From an uncultured virus (IMG/VR IMGVR_UViG_3300011334_000503) (Duplodnaviria; Heunggongvirae; Uroviricota; Caudoviricetes), in the IMG/VR virus record IMGVR_UViG_3300011334_000503: a DNA stretch of 64,000 nucleotides; one strand, given 5' to 3'. The notes below the pieces were generated by a model. The model worked only from the letters and a program-made list of their open reading frames with translations. It was not told where the DNA came from and searched no databases. This document shows, piece after piece, positions 37,908 through 48,862 of this stretch (within the stretch, counting starts at the first letter, position 1; each line of letters opens with the position of its first letter). The position numbers and the translations under genes are program-made.

Positions 37908-39755
37908 ATGCCTAATAATATAGATGTAAAATACCTAAACAAAGACTTTTCGACGTTTAAAAACGAACTGATAGAATACGCTAAGTCGTACTATCCTACT
38001 GTTTACAACGATTTTAGTCAAGCGTCACCAGGAAGCATGTTCATTGAAATGGCTTCTTATGTTGGAGACGTACTTTCTTTCTACTTAGATAACCAACTTC
38101 AAGAAACTTTCTTACAGTATGCTAAGCAAAAGAATAACTTGTATACCATGGCATACATGCTTGGTTACAGACCTAAAGTCGTATCTGCCGCCATAGTAGA
38201 TCTTGATGTTTACATGAGAGTTAACGCATTAGGCAGCACTCCAAACACTTATCCAGACTGGTCTTCAGCCATAACTATTCAACCTGGAATGCAGGTAAAA
38301 TCTAGTGTATCGAATAACGTTTCTTTTTACGTTCCAAATAAAGTAGATTTTACTATATCTTCTTCAATGGATCCAACAGACGTTAGTGTGTATACTATAG
38401 ACGGATCTGGAAATCCTACAAGCTATCTATTAAAGAAAGGTACTCAAGCTTTATCTGGTCAAGTTAAAACTACTACTTCTACTTTTGGAAACGCACAAAG
38501 GTATTCTACAATCACTGTACAAGACAGCGATATTATATCAGTTCTTAAAGTAGTAGATTCTAGTAATAATGTATGGTACGAAGTTCCTTACTTAGCTCAA
38601 GATTACATACTTAATCCTGTAGAAAACACAGCGTTGAACTATCCTTTTTTGTATCAATACGCTAATCAAGTGCCGTATATGCTACAAAAGGTAAACGTAC
38701 CTAGAAGATTCACAACGAGATTTAAAACAGATAATACTCTAGTTCTTGAGTTCGGACCAGGAATTAATTCTGTAGCAGACTCAGCCGTAGTTCCCAATCC
38801 TAATACTGTTGGTGTGGGACTTACTACTGGATTGACTTTACTAAATACTGCTTTTGATCCAACTAACTTTGTTACTACACAGACTTATGGACTGGCTCCT
38901 CAAAATACTACGCTTACAGTAACTTATCTAGCAGGAGGAGGATCAGAATATAACGTTCTTTCCAATCAATTGACGATTCCTACTTCAATTAGCGCTGGAT
39001 CTGGGGATACTACTACAGTAGTTACAAACAATCCTAATCCTGCTTCTGGTGGTGGAGACGGAGATACAGTAGAAGAACTAAGACAGAATATAGCAGTAGA
39101 GTTCTCAAGTCAATTAAGAGCAGTTACGCAAGAAGACTACTTAGCAAGAGCATTAAGTATGCCGCCTAAGTTTGGAAAAATAGCTAAGGCTTTTATCACA
39201 AAAGACGATGGAACATTTACAAACTACACTAATAACGATCCTAATCAAAAGGATCAGATCTTAGTTAGTATGTATGTTCTAGGTCTTAACAGTAACGGAA
39301 ATCTAGCGGTCCCTTCATCTGCTCTTATTCAAAATTTACAAACTTATATCTCTGAATACAGAATGATGACAGATGCTGTAGACATAAAACCAGCATACAT
39401 AATCAATATAGGTTGTAATTTTGATATAACTGTAAGACCGAACTATACCAGTCAAGATGTTATCTCTAGATGTTTGATTCAACTACAAGAATACTTTAAC
39501 GTAGATAACTGGCAGATCAATCAACCTTTACAGCTATCAGATGTTTATACTTTGCTTGATCAAGTTGTAGGAGTTCAAACAGTTAAGAAGGTAGAAATAG
39601 TAAATAAGACTGGAGTTTCTAGTGGATACTCTGAATTTAGCTACGACATACCTGGAGCTATATTAAACAACGTTATCTATCCGTCTTTAGATCCAAGCAT
39701 ATTCGAAGTAAAATATCCAAATTCAGATATTCAAGGTAGAGTAGTAACAATGTAA
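37908..39755 (+). CDS. Baseplate wedge protein (gp6 / baseplate J-like)
   Basis: DF...K..L, ASYVGDVLSFYLD, LGYRP, GGGDGDTVEELR, RAVT.EDY. Confidence 0.9.
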   Translation: MPNNIDVKYLNKDFSTFKNELIEYAKSYYPTVYNDFSQASPGSMFIEMASYVGDVLSFYLDNQLQETFLQYAKQKNNLYTMAYMLGYRPKVVSAAIVDLDVYMRVNALGSTPNTYPDWSSAITIQPGMQVKSSVSNNVSFYVPNKVDFTISSSMDPTDVSVYTIDGSGNPTSYLLKKGTQALSGQVKTTTSTFGNAQRYSTITVQDSDIISVLKVVDSSNNVWYEVPYLAQDYILNPVENTALNYPFLYQYANQVPYMLQKVNVPRRFTTRFKTDNTLVLEFGPGINSVADSAVVPNPNTVGVGLTTGLTLLNTAFDPTNFVTTQTYGLAPQNTTLTVTYLAGGGSEYNVLSNQLTIPTSISAGSGDTTTVVTNNPNPASGGGDGDTVEELRQNIAVEFSSQLRAVTQEDYLARALSMPPKFGKIAKAFITKDDGTFTNYTNNDPNQKDQILVSMYVLGLNSNGNLAVPSSALIQNLQTYISEYRMMTDAVDIKPAYIINIGCNFDITVRPNYTSQDVISRCLIQLQEYFNVDNWQINQPLQLSDVYTLLDQVVGVQTVKKVEIVNKTGVSSGYSEFSYDIPGAILNNVIYPSLDPSIFEVKYPNSDIQGRVVTM

Positions 39756-39765
39756 TAAAAAGAAA

Positions 39766-40872
39766 ATGGCAGTATATAAAATATTCCCTTCCTCAGATGC
39801 AACTCTATATTCTAAATTTCCAGCTCAAAATACTGGATTAGACGAAATACTAGAAGTCGCGGCAAAGAATAGTGATGATCCACAAAATTCGTTAATAGCA
39901 GGCGTATCTAGTAGTATACTGTACGATGATATAAGAAGAAGTTTAATAAGATTTAGCGATGAAGATTTAAACAAAATAAAACTTTTTTCAACTGGATCTT
40001 GGAAAGCTGGACTTAAACTGTATTTGGCAGATGCTGATAATTTAAGTACTACGTATAGCTTAGAAGTTAGACAAGTTTCTCAATCTTGGGATATGGGAAC
40101 TGGGAAATTTGCTGACAGTCCTGAAACTAGAAACGGAGTTTGTTGGTACAACACATCGTCTTATGTCTCAGCAAATAATTCATGGGCTACAAACGCTAGT
40201 CAATATTTTATGACTCCTGGAGGTGGATCTTGGACTGGATCTTATTTTGGTTCTCAATCTTTTGATTACAAAGCTAATAAGGATCCAAACGTAGATGTGA
40301 CACGTATAGTTGACTCTTGGTTTAGTGGGTCAGCTAATAACGGATTTTTGGTTAAACTTCCAAAAAACATAGAAAGTAGTAGTGTTAGCTATATAGGACT
40401 TAGCTTCTTTAGCGTAGATACTCACACAATATATCCTCCTACTTTAGAAATGAAATGGGATGATAGCTCTTACACTGGAAGTTTATCTGAGATATCTAAT
40501 TCTGATTTTGTAGTTACTATAGGAAATAACCAAGGAATTTATAAAATACAAACAGAAAGAGTTAAATTTAGAATCAACGCTAGAGACAAATATCCAGCTA
40601 GAGTATTTACAACTTCTTCTTTATATACAACAAATAAAAGACTTCCACAATCTACTTATTGGGCTATACAAGATCTAAAAACTACAGATATGGTAGTTGA
40701 TTTTGATACTAATTTTACTAAAGTTAGTTACGATCAAAACGGAAGTTTTGCTAGTCTTTATCTAAACGGTTTAGAACCAGAAAGGTACTACAAACTACTA
40801 GTAAAGACTACACTACCTACAGGAGAAACTATAGATGTGGATAATGATTGTATTTTTAAAATAACTAGATAA
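39766..40872 (+). CDS. Virion structural protein (baseplate region)
   Basis: DATLYS...NTGLDEILE, RSLIRF, W.MGTG, PPTLEMKWDD; beta-rich. Confidence 0.65.
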   Translation: MAVYKIFPSSDATLYSKFPAQNTGLDEILEVAAKNSDDPQNSLIAGVSSSILYDDIRRSLIRFSDEDLNKIKLFSTGSWKAGLKLYLADADNLSTTYSLEVRQVSQSWDMGTGKFADSPETRNGVCWYNTSSYVSANNSWATNASQYFMTPGGGSWTGSYFGSQSFDYKANKDPNVDVTRIVDSWFSGSANNGFLVKLPKNIESSSVSYIGLSFFSVDTHTIYPPTLEMKWDDSSYTGSLSEISNSDFVVTIGNNQGIYKIQTERVKFRINARDKYPARVFTTSSLYTTNKRLPQSTYWAIQDLKTTDMVVDFDTNFTKVSYDQNGSFASLYLNGLEPERYYKLLVKTTLPTGETIDVDNDCIFKITR

Positions 40873-41213
40873 TGGCAAATCAAGTAACTCTAGTAAAAAA
40901 AATATATAACACTCGTGAGTACGAAAGCGCAATAGACAATAGTTTTAGCGAGCTAGTGACTCCAATAATAAACGTTCCAGACACAGGAGTAACAGTATCA
41001 CAATTCTTTGATTACTACGATCAATTGTTTTACGATATACCTGTAGATGGAGATGTAAATTCACACACATATCTTGTTCAACAAAGTCAACAATACATTG
41101 GTGGATCAGTGATAGATATAGAAAAGCAAGCTCTCATAGAGGAGATTAATGCTCTTAGACAGCAATTGTTAGATTTGAATCAGACTTTTACTACAATAAA
41201 CAACTTAATGTAA
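40872..41213 (+). CDS. Hypothetical baseplate-region protein
   Basis: ORF track; translational coupling. Confidence 0.6.
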   Translation: MANQVTLVKKIYNTREYESAIDNSFSELVTPIINVPDTGVTVSQFFDYYDQLFYDIPVDGDVNSHTYLVQQSQQYIGGSVIDIEKQALIEEINALRQQLLDLNQTFTTINNLM

Positions 41214-41214
41214 C

Positions 41215-44200
41215 GTGGAAATAGTTAACGTATTATATTCTGGACAGGGAAAGACTTTACAAAATTACACTCCAAAAGATGAGAGTTTAGTTTCTTCAAA
41301 CTACATAAACATGTCTTTTGGAGATTCTAACGATCGAGTAGAATTATTTGTATACGATGTAAATGGAAATCTTCTAACTTCAGTTTACGATTATAGAGGT
41401 TATACCCCTTACCAAATTATAGATCCTGTTACAGGAAAATTTGATAAGATACTTATAGATCCTGTAGCCGATGCAAAGACTTTGGGATTTGATAGGGGAT
41501 CATTTAATATACAGTACGAGTTTCACAAAAATTTATTTAGCTCTTCTGACTTAAGAAGGTTTTGGATAAAAGAAATATCTCCATCAAGAACAGAATTAAA
41601 ATTAAGTTCACAGACAATATCAGAAGCAGATATTATAAATGGATTTAATCAGTATCAAGCTTATATTAGTCTAAAGAACTATTACCCAGATTTTTATCTA
41701 AACTTTGGTAATAACGATCAGCTTATTGCAATAAATGCCACGACTGTTACAGACGACACTGGCACATATTTAGTAATTAAGCTTTATGAACCTCTTCCAT
41801 TCGATTACGATGTGAAGACACAGCTCTGGATATACGATGACATATCAGAATCTGTTAGTTACGATGTAGAGATACAAATTCAGGCAGAGGTATCATCAAC
41901 CCAGAACTCACTAAGAGGACCAAACTTTAATGTGAGGATAGGAGAGAAAAATACGCAAACTACTCCTTATTATACTTATGCTTCTTTGTTAGCAAGTCCA
42001 GTTACTTCTTCTTTTAGACAGTTAGCTAGTTACTATCAAGATAAAGCGATAAGTATAAACTTAGACTTTACAGACTTTAGCAACTTTGTTCATTTTTCCA
42101 GTGCCACCGAAAGAGTGAATAATTTTGTATATAAAATGAGTCTGATTGAAAACTATAACAAGCAGATCGTAAGCCAATCAGCGATAGTTGGCAACGCTAC
42201 AGTTAAGTCAAATACGATAACCACATTACAAACTTCTGTATCTAATATTGTAGAAAATTTTGATATCTACGAATACTACTTGTACTATTCATCAGAATCT
42301 TTTGCGTGGCCTAAATACAACAAAGTAAAGCCGTATCAAAACGTTTCAGTTACCTCTTCTCTTGCTTTAAATTGGTTAGGTAGCGAAACTACGGTACCAA
42401 GTCAATATACCTCATCACTACTATACTCTGCTTCTTTATACGATGATACTAATAAAGATATACTAAGGGGAACTATGCCTCAGTATATATACGATGATGC
42501 AAACAATCAACCCTATGTGACTTTTGTTGACATGATCGGTCAGCATTTTGATAACATTTGGGTTTATTACAAAGACGTAACGAATAGATTTAATGCAACT
42601 AACGATCCAAGTACAGGTATCTCTATAGATATGGTATCTGATGCCCTTAAAGGCATGGGAATGGAACTCTACACAAATACAAATGTTTCTGATAATGTTT
42701 ATTACGATTTGTTTGGATACAATTACGATGGATCTTTACTTCCTCCAACAGGATCAGAAAAGATCAATACATACGTTACTTCAAGTTTAACAACTCAAGG
42801 ATCTAAAGTTTTACAGCAAGAGATATATAAAAGGATCTATCATAACTTACCTTACTTACTAAAGTCAAGAGGAACTCAAAGATCGATAAAAGCATTGATT
42901 TCTATTTACGGAATTCCAGAAAATGTGCTTACTGTAAATGAATTCGGTGGATACAATAGAAGTCTAATAGATGGAGTAGATTCAATAAATAATAATAAAG
43001 TAACAGCAATTACTTCTAGCCTTCATATATCTTCTAGCGTACTTTCTCCTTATTCAACTTTACAGTATTACAACAATAATTCAAGAAGAAACTCCACAAA
43101 TATAGAAGTTGGTTTCTCTATAGCAGACGTACTAAACGATAACATTACTTCTTCTCTAGGATATTTTGATATAGATCAACTTATAGGAAATCCAAAAGAT
43201 CAGTACTCTTCATCTTATACTCCATTAGTTAGCGCAAGTAATTCTTACTTTTCAGCGTATACACAACCTCACAGTGTTTGGGAGTACATAAGATTGATTA
43301 AGTACTTTAACAATTCTCTGTTTAAGACTATAAAAGACTTCGTTCCAGCTAGAGCAAACTTATCTACTGGTATCATAGTTAAAAGTCACATCTTAGAAAG
43401 AAACAAGTACGCTAGACACGAACCAAGCGCAAGCATCGATCAAATGTCTCAATCAATAGACATGTTGACTCTTAGTGCTGAGCCTGGAAACATATTTTCT
43501 GGATCTAACACTAATTGGAACGCGGTTGAAATTACTCCTGTTGGTCTAGTTCCTATAAGCAGCTCTCAAAACGTAGAGAAGCTTACAGGTCAGTTTGGAG
43601 GAACAGAGATAGTAGTTACTAATGGAGATGCTCTAAGTCAAGCAGAGAACTCTAATAACGCTTCTGTGGGATTAGTTTCGGTTACCCCAAGCGCTTTATT
43701 CCAAAACGTTAGTCAATCAGTTAGGTCTAATAGATTTTTTGATCTAGACTACAATTTTAATCAATTAGTTCCAACCAACTTTGGAATAGTTACGCAATCT
43801 ATAAGCAATTCAATAAGCAATAACTATAATACGTACACTAATCCAAACAGTCCTTACGCGTACGTTCAAGATTATAACTATGCTACTAGACACTTTACAG
43901 ATCCTAGATACTACGGATCTAACACAATTAGTGCTAAGTATAACACTTATACTGTTGGTGATATGTCATATGGCAAAACTGCTGCTATTGATAAGATAAA
44001 ATATCAATATGCTTATTTAGTAGACATATACAGTTCTTCTCTATTTTTTCCAAATAGATCTAATGCTCAAATAAAATACTTAATTGATAATAATCAAAAC
44101 GTACTAGATCTAACTAAAGTTAATACAAATATATTTGAAGTTCAAAATGTATATAAATCTGGAGAAAACGTAGACGTATCATTGTTTAAGTATGATGAAA

Positions 44201-45381
44201 AGAATCCATATTCTCAGCAATTAGCAAATAATCCAACACTTCAAATATTTGAAGGAGGATTTAGATACCTTCCCATATTACATAACATTAGCGGATCTGC
44301 CGTAACTCAGACATATAATTTAACTAGTCCCATTGAAATTACTATAACTGCTGGTGGAGGGTCTACTCCATCAGATGCTGTATTATTACCTGCTAACTGG
44401 ACCATGAGTTGGATTGTAACTGAGACTCCTACGGAACCGTGTGATACTAGTCAATTTGATATATATCTTAAAGCCACTTACAATAATGGAAATGTACCGT
44501 ATAATGTAAATGTAGAGGCTTCTATAACTTTACCAGAAGATCCTTCAACAGGTACATACGTTGCTAGAGTAGTATATATAAGTGTACTTAATGGAACTTC
44601 TAATAATAATATTCAAGTATCTTATATTAGTGCTTATACTGCAAAATCTTGTGGTGGTGGAACTAGCACTGCTATAATAGGAAGCGCTGCATCATCTACA
44701 TATTGGCCTACTGCTATAAGCGAGGGATATGTATATATTCAAGGCATTATATCTCGTGGTGGTGGTGGTGGAACAGGCGGTGGATCAAGTACATTAACGT
44801 ATTATACACCTTTTATAACTAGTTCTCAACCTTGTCTATATTTTATAAGCGAATCAAACCAAGTAGTATTTAATTCAGAATTGGCTTATTACTACTCAAA
44901 TGGAATAACATTTGATTCATTTTCTGATCCAGCCTTTACGGCTTCTCTTTTAGACAATGTATTACTTCCATTTACTTTAAATACCGGCGATAGAATATCT
45001 TTTTATGATTCAGCTTCACGACTTGGATGGAATGAAAACTTTGAATACACAATTAAAAACGTAATTTTTACAGGCTCTGGGGTGACAGGATCGAGAATAT
45101 ATTCAGAGTTAGATCGCCCTGTAAACTTAGCTCTATTTAGTTCTGGATCAACTGTTCCAACAGAAAGTTTTTCTGGAGCTCGTTGGAGAGCTTGTAGATA
45201 TATTGTATGGAAACACGTACCTGATGAAACTAACGTGATGCTTAGATACAATCCAAAAGATTCAAGTATAGTTGAAGAAGGACTATTGTTTCCTCAGTAT
45301 ATCTCTGAAGAAGTAAAAACTAACTCTGGTAACACTGTGAAGTCTCTTAGAGCTCAAAATCTTTTACCACCTAGTCCTTAA
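41215..45381 (+). CDS. Large baseplate/tail structural protein
   Basis: 1388 aa; HNLPYLLKSRGT.RSI..LI..YG and IKDFVPARA resemble gp7/tail-I-like wedge motifs. Confidence 0.65.
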   Translation: MEIVNVLYSGQGKTLQNYTPKDESLVSSNYINMSFGDSNDRVELFVYDVNGNLLTSVYDYRGYTPYQIIDPVTGKFDKILIDPVADAKTLGFDRGSFNIQYEFHKNLFSSSDLRRFWIKEISPSRTELKLSSQTISEADIINGFNQYQAYISLKNYYPDFYLNFGNNDQLIAINATTVTDDTGTYLVIKLYEPLPFDYDVKTQLWIYDDISESVSYDVEIQIQAEVSSTQNSLRGPNFNVRIGEKNTQTTPYYTYASLLASPVTSSFRQLASYYQDKAISINLDFTDFSNFVHFSSATERVNNFVYKMSLIENYNKQIVSQSAIVGNATVKSNTITTLQTSVSNIVENFDIYEYYLYYSSESFAWPKYNKVKPYQNVSVTSSLALNWLGSETTVPSQYTSSLLYSASLYDDTNKDILRGTMPQYIYDDANNQPYVTFVDMIGQHFDNIWVYYKDVTNRFNATNDPSTGISIDMVSDALKGMGMELYTNTNVSDNVYYDLFGYNYDGSLLPPTGSEKINTYVTSSLTTQGSKVLQQEIYKRIYHNLPYLLKSRGTQRSIKALISIYGIPENVLTVNEFGGYNRSLIDGVDSINNNKVTAITSSLHISSSVLSPYSTLQYYNNNSRRNSTNIEVGFSIADVLNDNITSSLGYFDIDQLIGNPKDQYSSSYTPLVSASNSYFSAYTQPHSVWEYIRLIKYFNNSLFKTIKDFVPARANLSTGIIVKSHILERNKYARHEPSASIDQMSQSIDMLTLSAEPGNIFSGSNTNWNAVEITPVGLVPISSSQNVEKLTGQFGGTEIVVTNGDALSQAENSNNASVGLVSVTPSALFQNVSQSVRSNRFFDLDYNFNQLVPTNFGIVTQSISNSISNNYNTYTNPNSPYAYVQDYNYATRHFTDPRYYGSNTISAKYNTYTVGDMSYGKTAAIDKIKYQYAYLVDIYSSSLFFPNRSNAQIKYLIDNNQNVLDLTKVNTNIFEVQNVYKSGENVDVSLFKYDEKNPYSQQLANNPTLQIFEGGFRYLPILHNISGSAVTQTYNLTSPIEITITAGGGSTPSDAVLLPANWTMSWIVTETPTEPCDTSQFDIYLKATYNNGNVPYNVNVEASITLPEDPSTGTYVARVVYISVLNGTSNNNIQVSYISAYTAKSCGGGTSTAIIGSAASSTYWPTAISEGYVYIQGIISRGGGGGTGGGSSTLTYYTPFITSSQPCLYFISESNQVVFNSELAYYYSNGITFDSFSDPAFTASLLDNVLLPFTLNTGDRISFYDSASRLGWNENFEYTIKNVIFTGSGVTGSRIYSELDRPVNLALFSSGSTVPTESFSGARWRACRYIVWKHVPDETNVMLRYNPKDSSIVEEGLLFPQYISEEVKTNSGNTVKSLRAQNLLPPSP

Positions 45382-45446
45382 TCAACTATAAAGATTAAAA
45401 AGTAAAAACAAAGATATTTATTTATAAACAACGCAATTATTAACTC

Positions 45447-46106
45447 ATGTCATATTTAAGTAGCACATCTGTAGTCGTAGATGCAATTCTAACAAAGAAA
45501 GGCAGAGAACTTCTTTCAAGAAACGACGGTTCTTTTCAAATAACTCAATTCTCTTTGTCAGACGACGAAATCGATTACACTCTGTACAATCCTAATCATC
45601 CTTCAGGATCAGCGTTTTACGGCGAAGCTATCGAAGCTATGCCAATAATTCAAGCGTATCCTGACGATCAAGAGATTATGAAATACAAGCTTATTACTCT
45701 TCCAAGAGGAACAGCTAAAATTCCTGTACTTAGCGTTGGATATTCTAACATAGTCCTTAAACAAGGATCTTCACTATCTATTACTCCTCAAACTTTGAAC
45801 TATCTTGGAGCTACATCTACTTTCGAAGCTTCTGGATACGTTGCTACAATTGCGGATGTAAGAACTACGGCTACTTTTAACGGAGTAGGAATAAACACAC
45901 CTGAAGCTACCTCTTTAAACTCTACTACAACAATAGGAACTAACGTTAGTAAAACTGTTATTGGCACAACTATCAATATCACTGCTACGACTATTAATAC
46001 ATTGTTTGGTACTAATACAAGTCTATACACAACATTAGTAGTAGTCGGACGCGATTCAGGAGCAAGGATTTCAGTACCAGTTCAAATAGTAAAAGTTAAC
46101 CAATAA
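45447..46106 (+). CDS. Virion structural protein (baseplate/tail)
   Basis: VDAILTKKGRELL, ITQFSLSDDEIDY. Confidence 0.65.
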   Translation: MSYLSSTSVVVDAILTKKGRELLSRNDGSFQITQFSLSDDEIDYTLYNPNHPSGSAFYGEAIEAMPIIQAYPDDQEIMKYKLITLPRGTAKIPVLSVGYSNIVLKQGSSLSITPQTLNYLGATSTFEASGYVATIADVRTTATFNGVGINTPEATSLNSTTTIGTNVSKTVIGTTINITATTINTLFGTNTSLYTTLVVVGRDSGARISVPVQIVKVNQ

Positions 46107-46118
46107 TATTAACTACAA

Positions 46119-47150
46119 ATGTCATTTACAGCAATAGCACCAACAGATCTAGTAGTATCTTCAGACTCGGTAACAGCACCAGCATGGAGTACAAATATTC
46201 CAACACTCGCTACTTTTTTTACTTCATCAACTGCAGATAAGACCTATTACTTAGACGTGTATAACGATAGCGTAGGACTTACGAACTCTGCTATTCAATT
46301 CTCTATAGCGTACGGTAATATTAATGGATCCGGATCAGCACCACTAAACTCTCTTATTCCAGGCGTAAGTCCAACAAGGATAAACTTTGGACAATTTAGA
46401 AATATTATATTTGGAGACGCTGAAACTAAATTCAACTTTGGAACCGGGAATACTGGATCACTTGATATGATCGCTATTCAAATAGATAGAAATCGATATA
46501 AAGAAAGTTTATTTCTTGGAACGTTTAATCTAGGACTAAAAGTTGGATCAGATAGTTTAATTCTTACTAATAACTCTAATGATGTAAGCACAGTAACTTT
46601 TGTAGATGGAGGAAGAGTGTATAATATCGTATCAGGTTCTAATGGAAGCGCTCAAAGTAGCCCACTAATTTCAGGAGCTCCCGCTAAAGGATACACTCCT
46701 TCAGGAAGTTACGGTCTTTTTCTTCCAGACATTGGCTTGATTGTTTTAAACCCTAAAGCATTAGGATGTCCAGTAGGTCAAGGAGGATTAGCTATATCAT
46801 TATCATCTACAAATACTCCAGCTGCTAATATATCAAACTTACAAACTGTATATCAAGCTATCTCTGCGAGCGCAAACTTTCAACTTAATTCTCAAGAGAC
46901 TATCTCTTCTGATTATGTGTTCGTAAGAATCCCTAACGCTGGATATAATTACTCTACCAACCCATCATTTGTTTCTGGATCTTCTGGAGAAATGATTTAC
47001 TCTAACTTTATAAACAGTCCTCAGACTTATATCACTACTGTGGGAATGTACAACAATAATAACGAACTTTTGGCTGTAGCTAAATTATCTAAGCCACTAG
47101 TGAAAGATTTTACAAAAGAAGCATTAGTTAGAGTTAAATTGGATTGGTAA
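46119..47150 (+). CDS. Virion structural protein with tail-collar-like C-terminal domain
   Basis: YITTVGMYNNNNELLAVAKLSKP...VKLDW. Confidence 0.65.
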   Translation: MSFTAIAPTDLVVSSDSVTAPAWSTNIPTLATFFTSSTADKTYYLDVYNDSVGLTNSAIQFSIAYGNINGSGSAPLNSLIPGVSPTRINFGQFRNIIFGDAETKFNFGTGNTGSLDMIAIQIDRNRYKESLFLGTFNLGLKVGSDSLILTNNSNDVSTVTFVDGGRVYNIVSGSNGSAQSSPLISGAPAKGYTPSGSYGLFLPDIGLIVLNPKALGCPVGQGGLAISLSSTNTPAANISNLQTVYQAISASANFQLNSQETISSDYVFVRIPNAGYNYSTNPSFVSGSSGEMIYSNFINSPQTYITTVGMYNNNNELLAVAKLSKPLVKDFTKEALVRVKLDW

Positions 47151-47162
47151 TTAAAATAAAAA

Positions 47163-48827
47163 ATGAGTCGCGGACAGAACACTATAAAACGTTCAGAAGT
47201 TTCCACCACTCCTATTTTACTAAAATATTCTGCGTCTTACGATAGCTCATCGTTTACAGCAAATGGTATTACGGTAAATAGAGGAGTAAACACTTCTTTT
47301 GATAGAGATGGAAGTAATTATTTAAACTATGCTCTAGTAAAACAACTTTACTATCAAGAGTATCTTACAGGATCTTTATTATTTAGTTCTAGTTTTTGGA
47401 ATTCTTCGAATCAATCTACCGCCGCTGAAGGAACTTTTGATAATGATTATAGGTATTTTCCTACTAGTTCTAGCGCGCAACTTGCAGTAATAGGAATTTC
47501 TAGAACTTCTTTTGGAGAACAAATAGCTAGAAAAAGTTTAGTAATTACTGGAAGCACATATCGACTAATTGACGACGGAAACGGAAATGTAATAGACACA
47601 TACATTGCAGGATCACAACCATCGACTAATGACGCGTATGCATCATCTGGAGTAAGATTATATTCTCCCGGATATAGCACAAAAGGAACCGGTACAGCAT
47701 TGGAATGGAATACTGCATATGTTGGAGGATCTTATGCTGGTACTTTTTGGACTAATCCAGTAACCGCGAATAGAACAGGTAGATTAAACTACTCAGGTCT
47801 TTGGTCTGCAAAATCATTGACTTATTTTGGAGACTTCGCTATAGATTTTAATATCACTGTTACTGCAGGTACATATTATCTTGGAATAGGTTGTGATAAC
47901 TATGGATCTGTTTATATAGATGATACATTAGTAGTTTCTTTGGGACTTCCAGACGGAAACGGAACTAATTTTAGGCACTGGCACATATATCCAGTTAGCT
48001 TAACCACAGGGACTCATACAATAAAATATATAGTAACAAATGCAGGCATCCCAGATCCAAGCAATCCTGGAGCGATGGGTATTGAAGTATATAATAATAC
48101 TCAAACACAAATATCTGCTAGTATAGCTGCATCTCCAATGGGATCATCTATTCCAGGAGGACTTAATATTATATATTCTTCAAAAGATTATTTAACTAAT
48201 ACAACATATACTCAAAATAATCATGTAGGAAATATATTATATTCTCAAGGCGTGATTATTATCACAGACGAGGAATATCAATACGCGATGATTCCGTATT
48301 CAGGTCCTCCAACTACTACAACGACTAGTACAACGAGCACCACTACAACCGCGACTCCAACTACTACTACGACTAGCACTACTACGAGTACTACAACAGT
48401 TCCAACGACTACGACTACGAGTACTACAACAAGTACTACAACAGTTCCAACTACGACGACTACAACTAGTACCACTACGAGTACGACTACTGTGCCAACA
48501 ACAACCACAACCACTAGTACCACAACAAGCACTACGACAGTTCCGACGACCACAACTACGACTAGCACCACTACAAGTACCACGACGTCTACTACATACG
48601 ATATATATTTAGCGGATCAATATCAGTGTTCTGATTGTACAGTTAGCTCTGCGAATGTGCTTGTTGCGTTTCCAACTGGACAATCGGTGGTAATAGGAAG
48701 GTGGTATCCCGATGGCAATGATGCTCTTCATACTTATAAAATACTCAGTACGTCAACTGGTGCAGGTTACATACTAACTAACGCGTACGGATCGTTTACT
48801 AGTTGCGCTTCTGCCTGTATCATATAA
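47163..48827 (+). CDS. Tail-associated protein with PA14-like domain and mucin-like Thr-rich tract
   Basis: AGTYYLGIGCDNYGSVYIDD...VSLTTGTHTI (PA14-like); about 95-aa T/S/P tract; Cys-containing tip. Confidence 0.7.
   Translation: MSRGQNTIKRSEVSTTPILLKYSASYDSSSFTANGITVNRGVNTSFDRDGSNYLNYALVKQLYYQEYLTGSLLFSSSFWNSSNQSTAAEGTFDNDYRYFPTSSSAQLAVIGISRTSFGEQIARKSLVITGSTYRLIDDGNGNVIDTYIAGSQPSTNDAYASSGVRLYSPGYSTKGTGTALEWNTAYVGGSYAGTFWTNPVTANRTGRLNYSGLWSAKSLTYFGDFAIDFNITVTAGTYYLGIGCDNYGSVYIDDTLVVSLGLPDGNGTNFRHWHIYPVSLTTGTHTIKYIVTNAGIPDPSNPGAMGIEVYNNTQTQISASIAASPMGSSIPGGLNIIYSSKDYLTNTTYTQNNHVGNILYSQGVIIITDEEYQYAMIPYSGPPTTTTTSTTSTTTTATPTTTTTSTTTSTTTVPTTTTTSTTTSTTTVPTTTTTTSTTTSTTTVPTTTTTTSTTTSTTTVPTTTTTTSTTTSTTTSTTYDIYLADQYQCSDCTVSSANVLVAFPTGQSVVIGRWYPDGNDALHTYKILSTSTGAGYILTNAYGSFTSCASACII
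48312..48596 (+). repeat. Coding Thr-rich tandem repeat, unit about (V/T)PTTTTT(T)STTTSTTT
   Basis: Directly visible; all four Thr codons mixed. Confidence 0.95.
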
Positions 48828-48862
48828 GTGATAAAAAATAGTATATAAATTAATAAATTGTT

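Noticed and set aside
48278..48583. Val-rich minus-strand ORF (also 26525..26719)
   Set aside because: Antisense shadow of Thr codon runs
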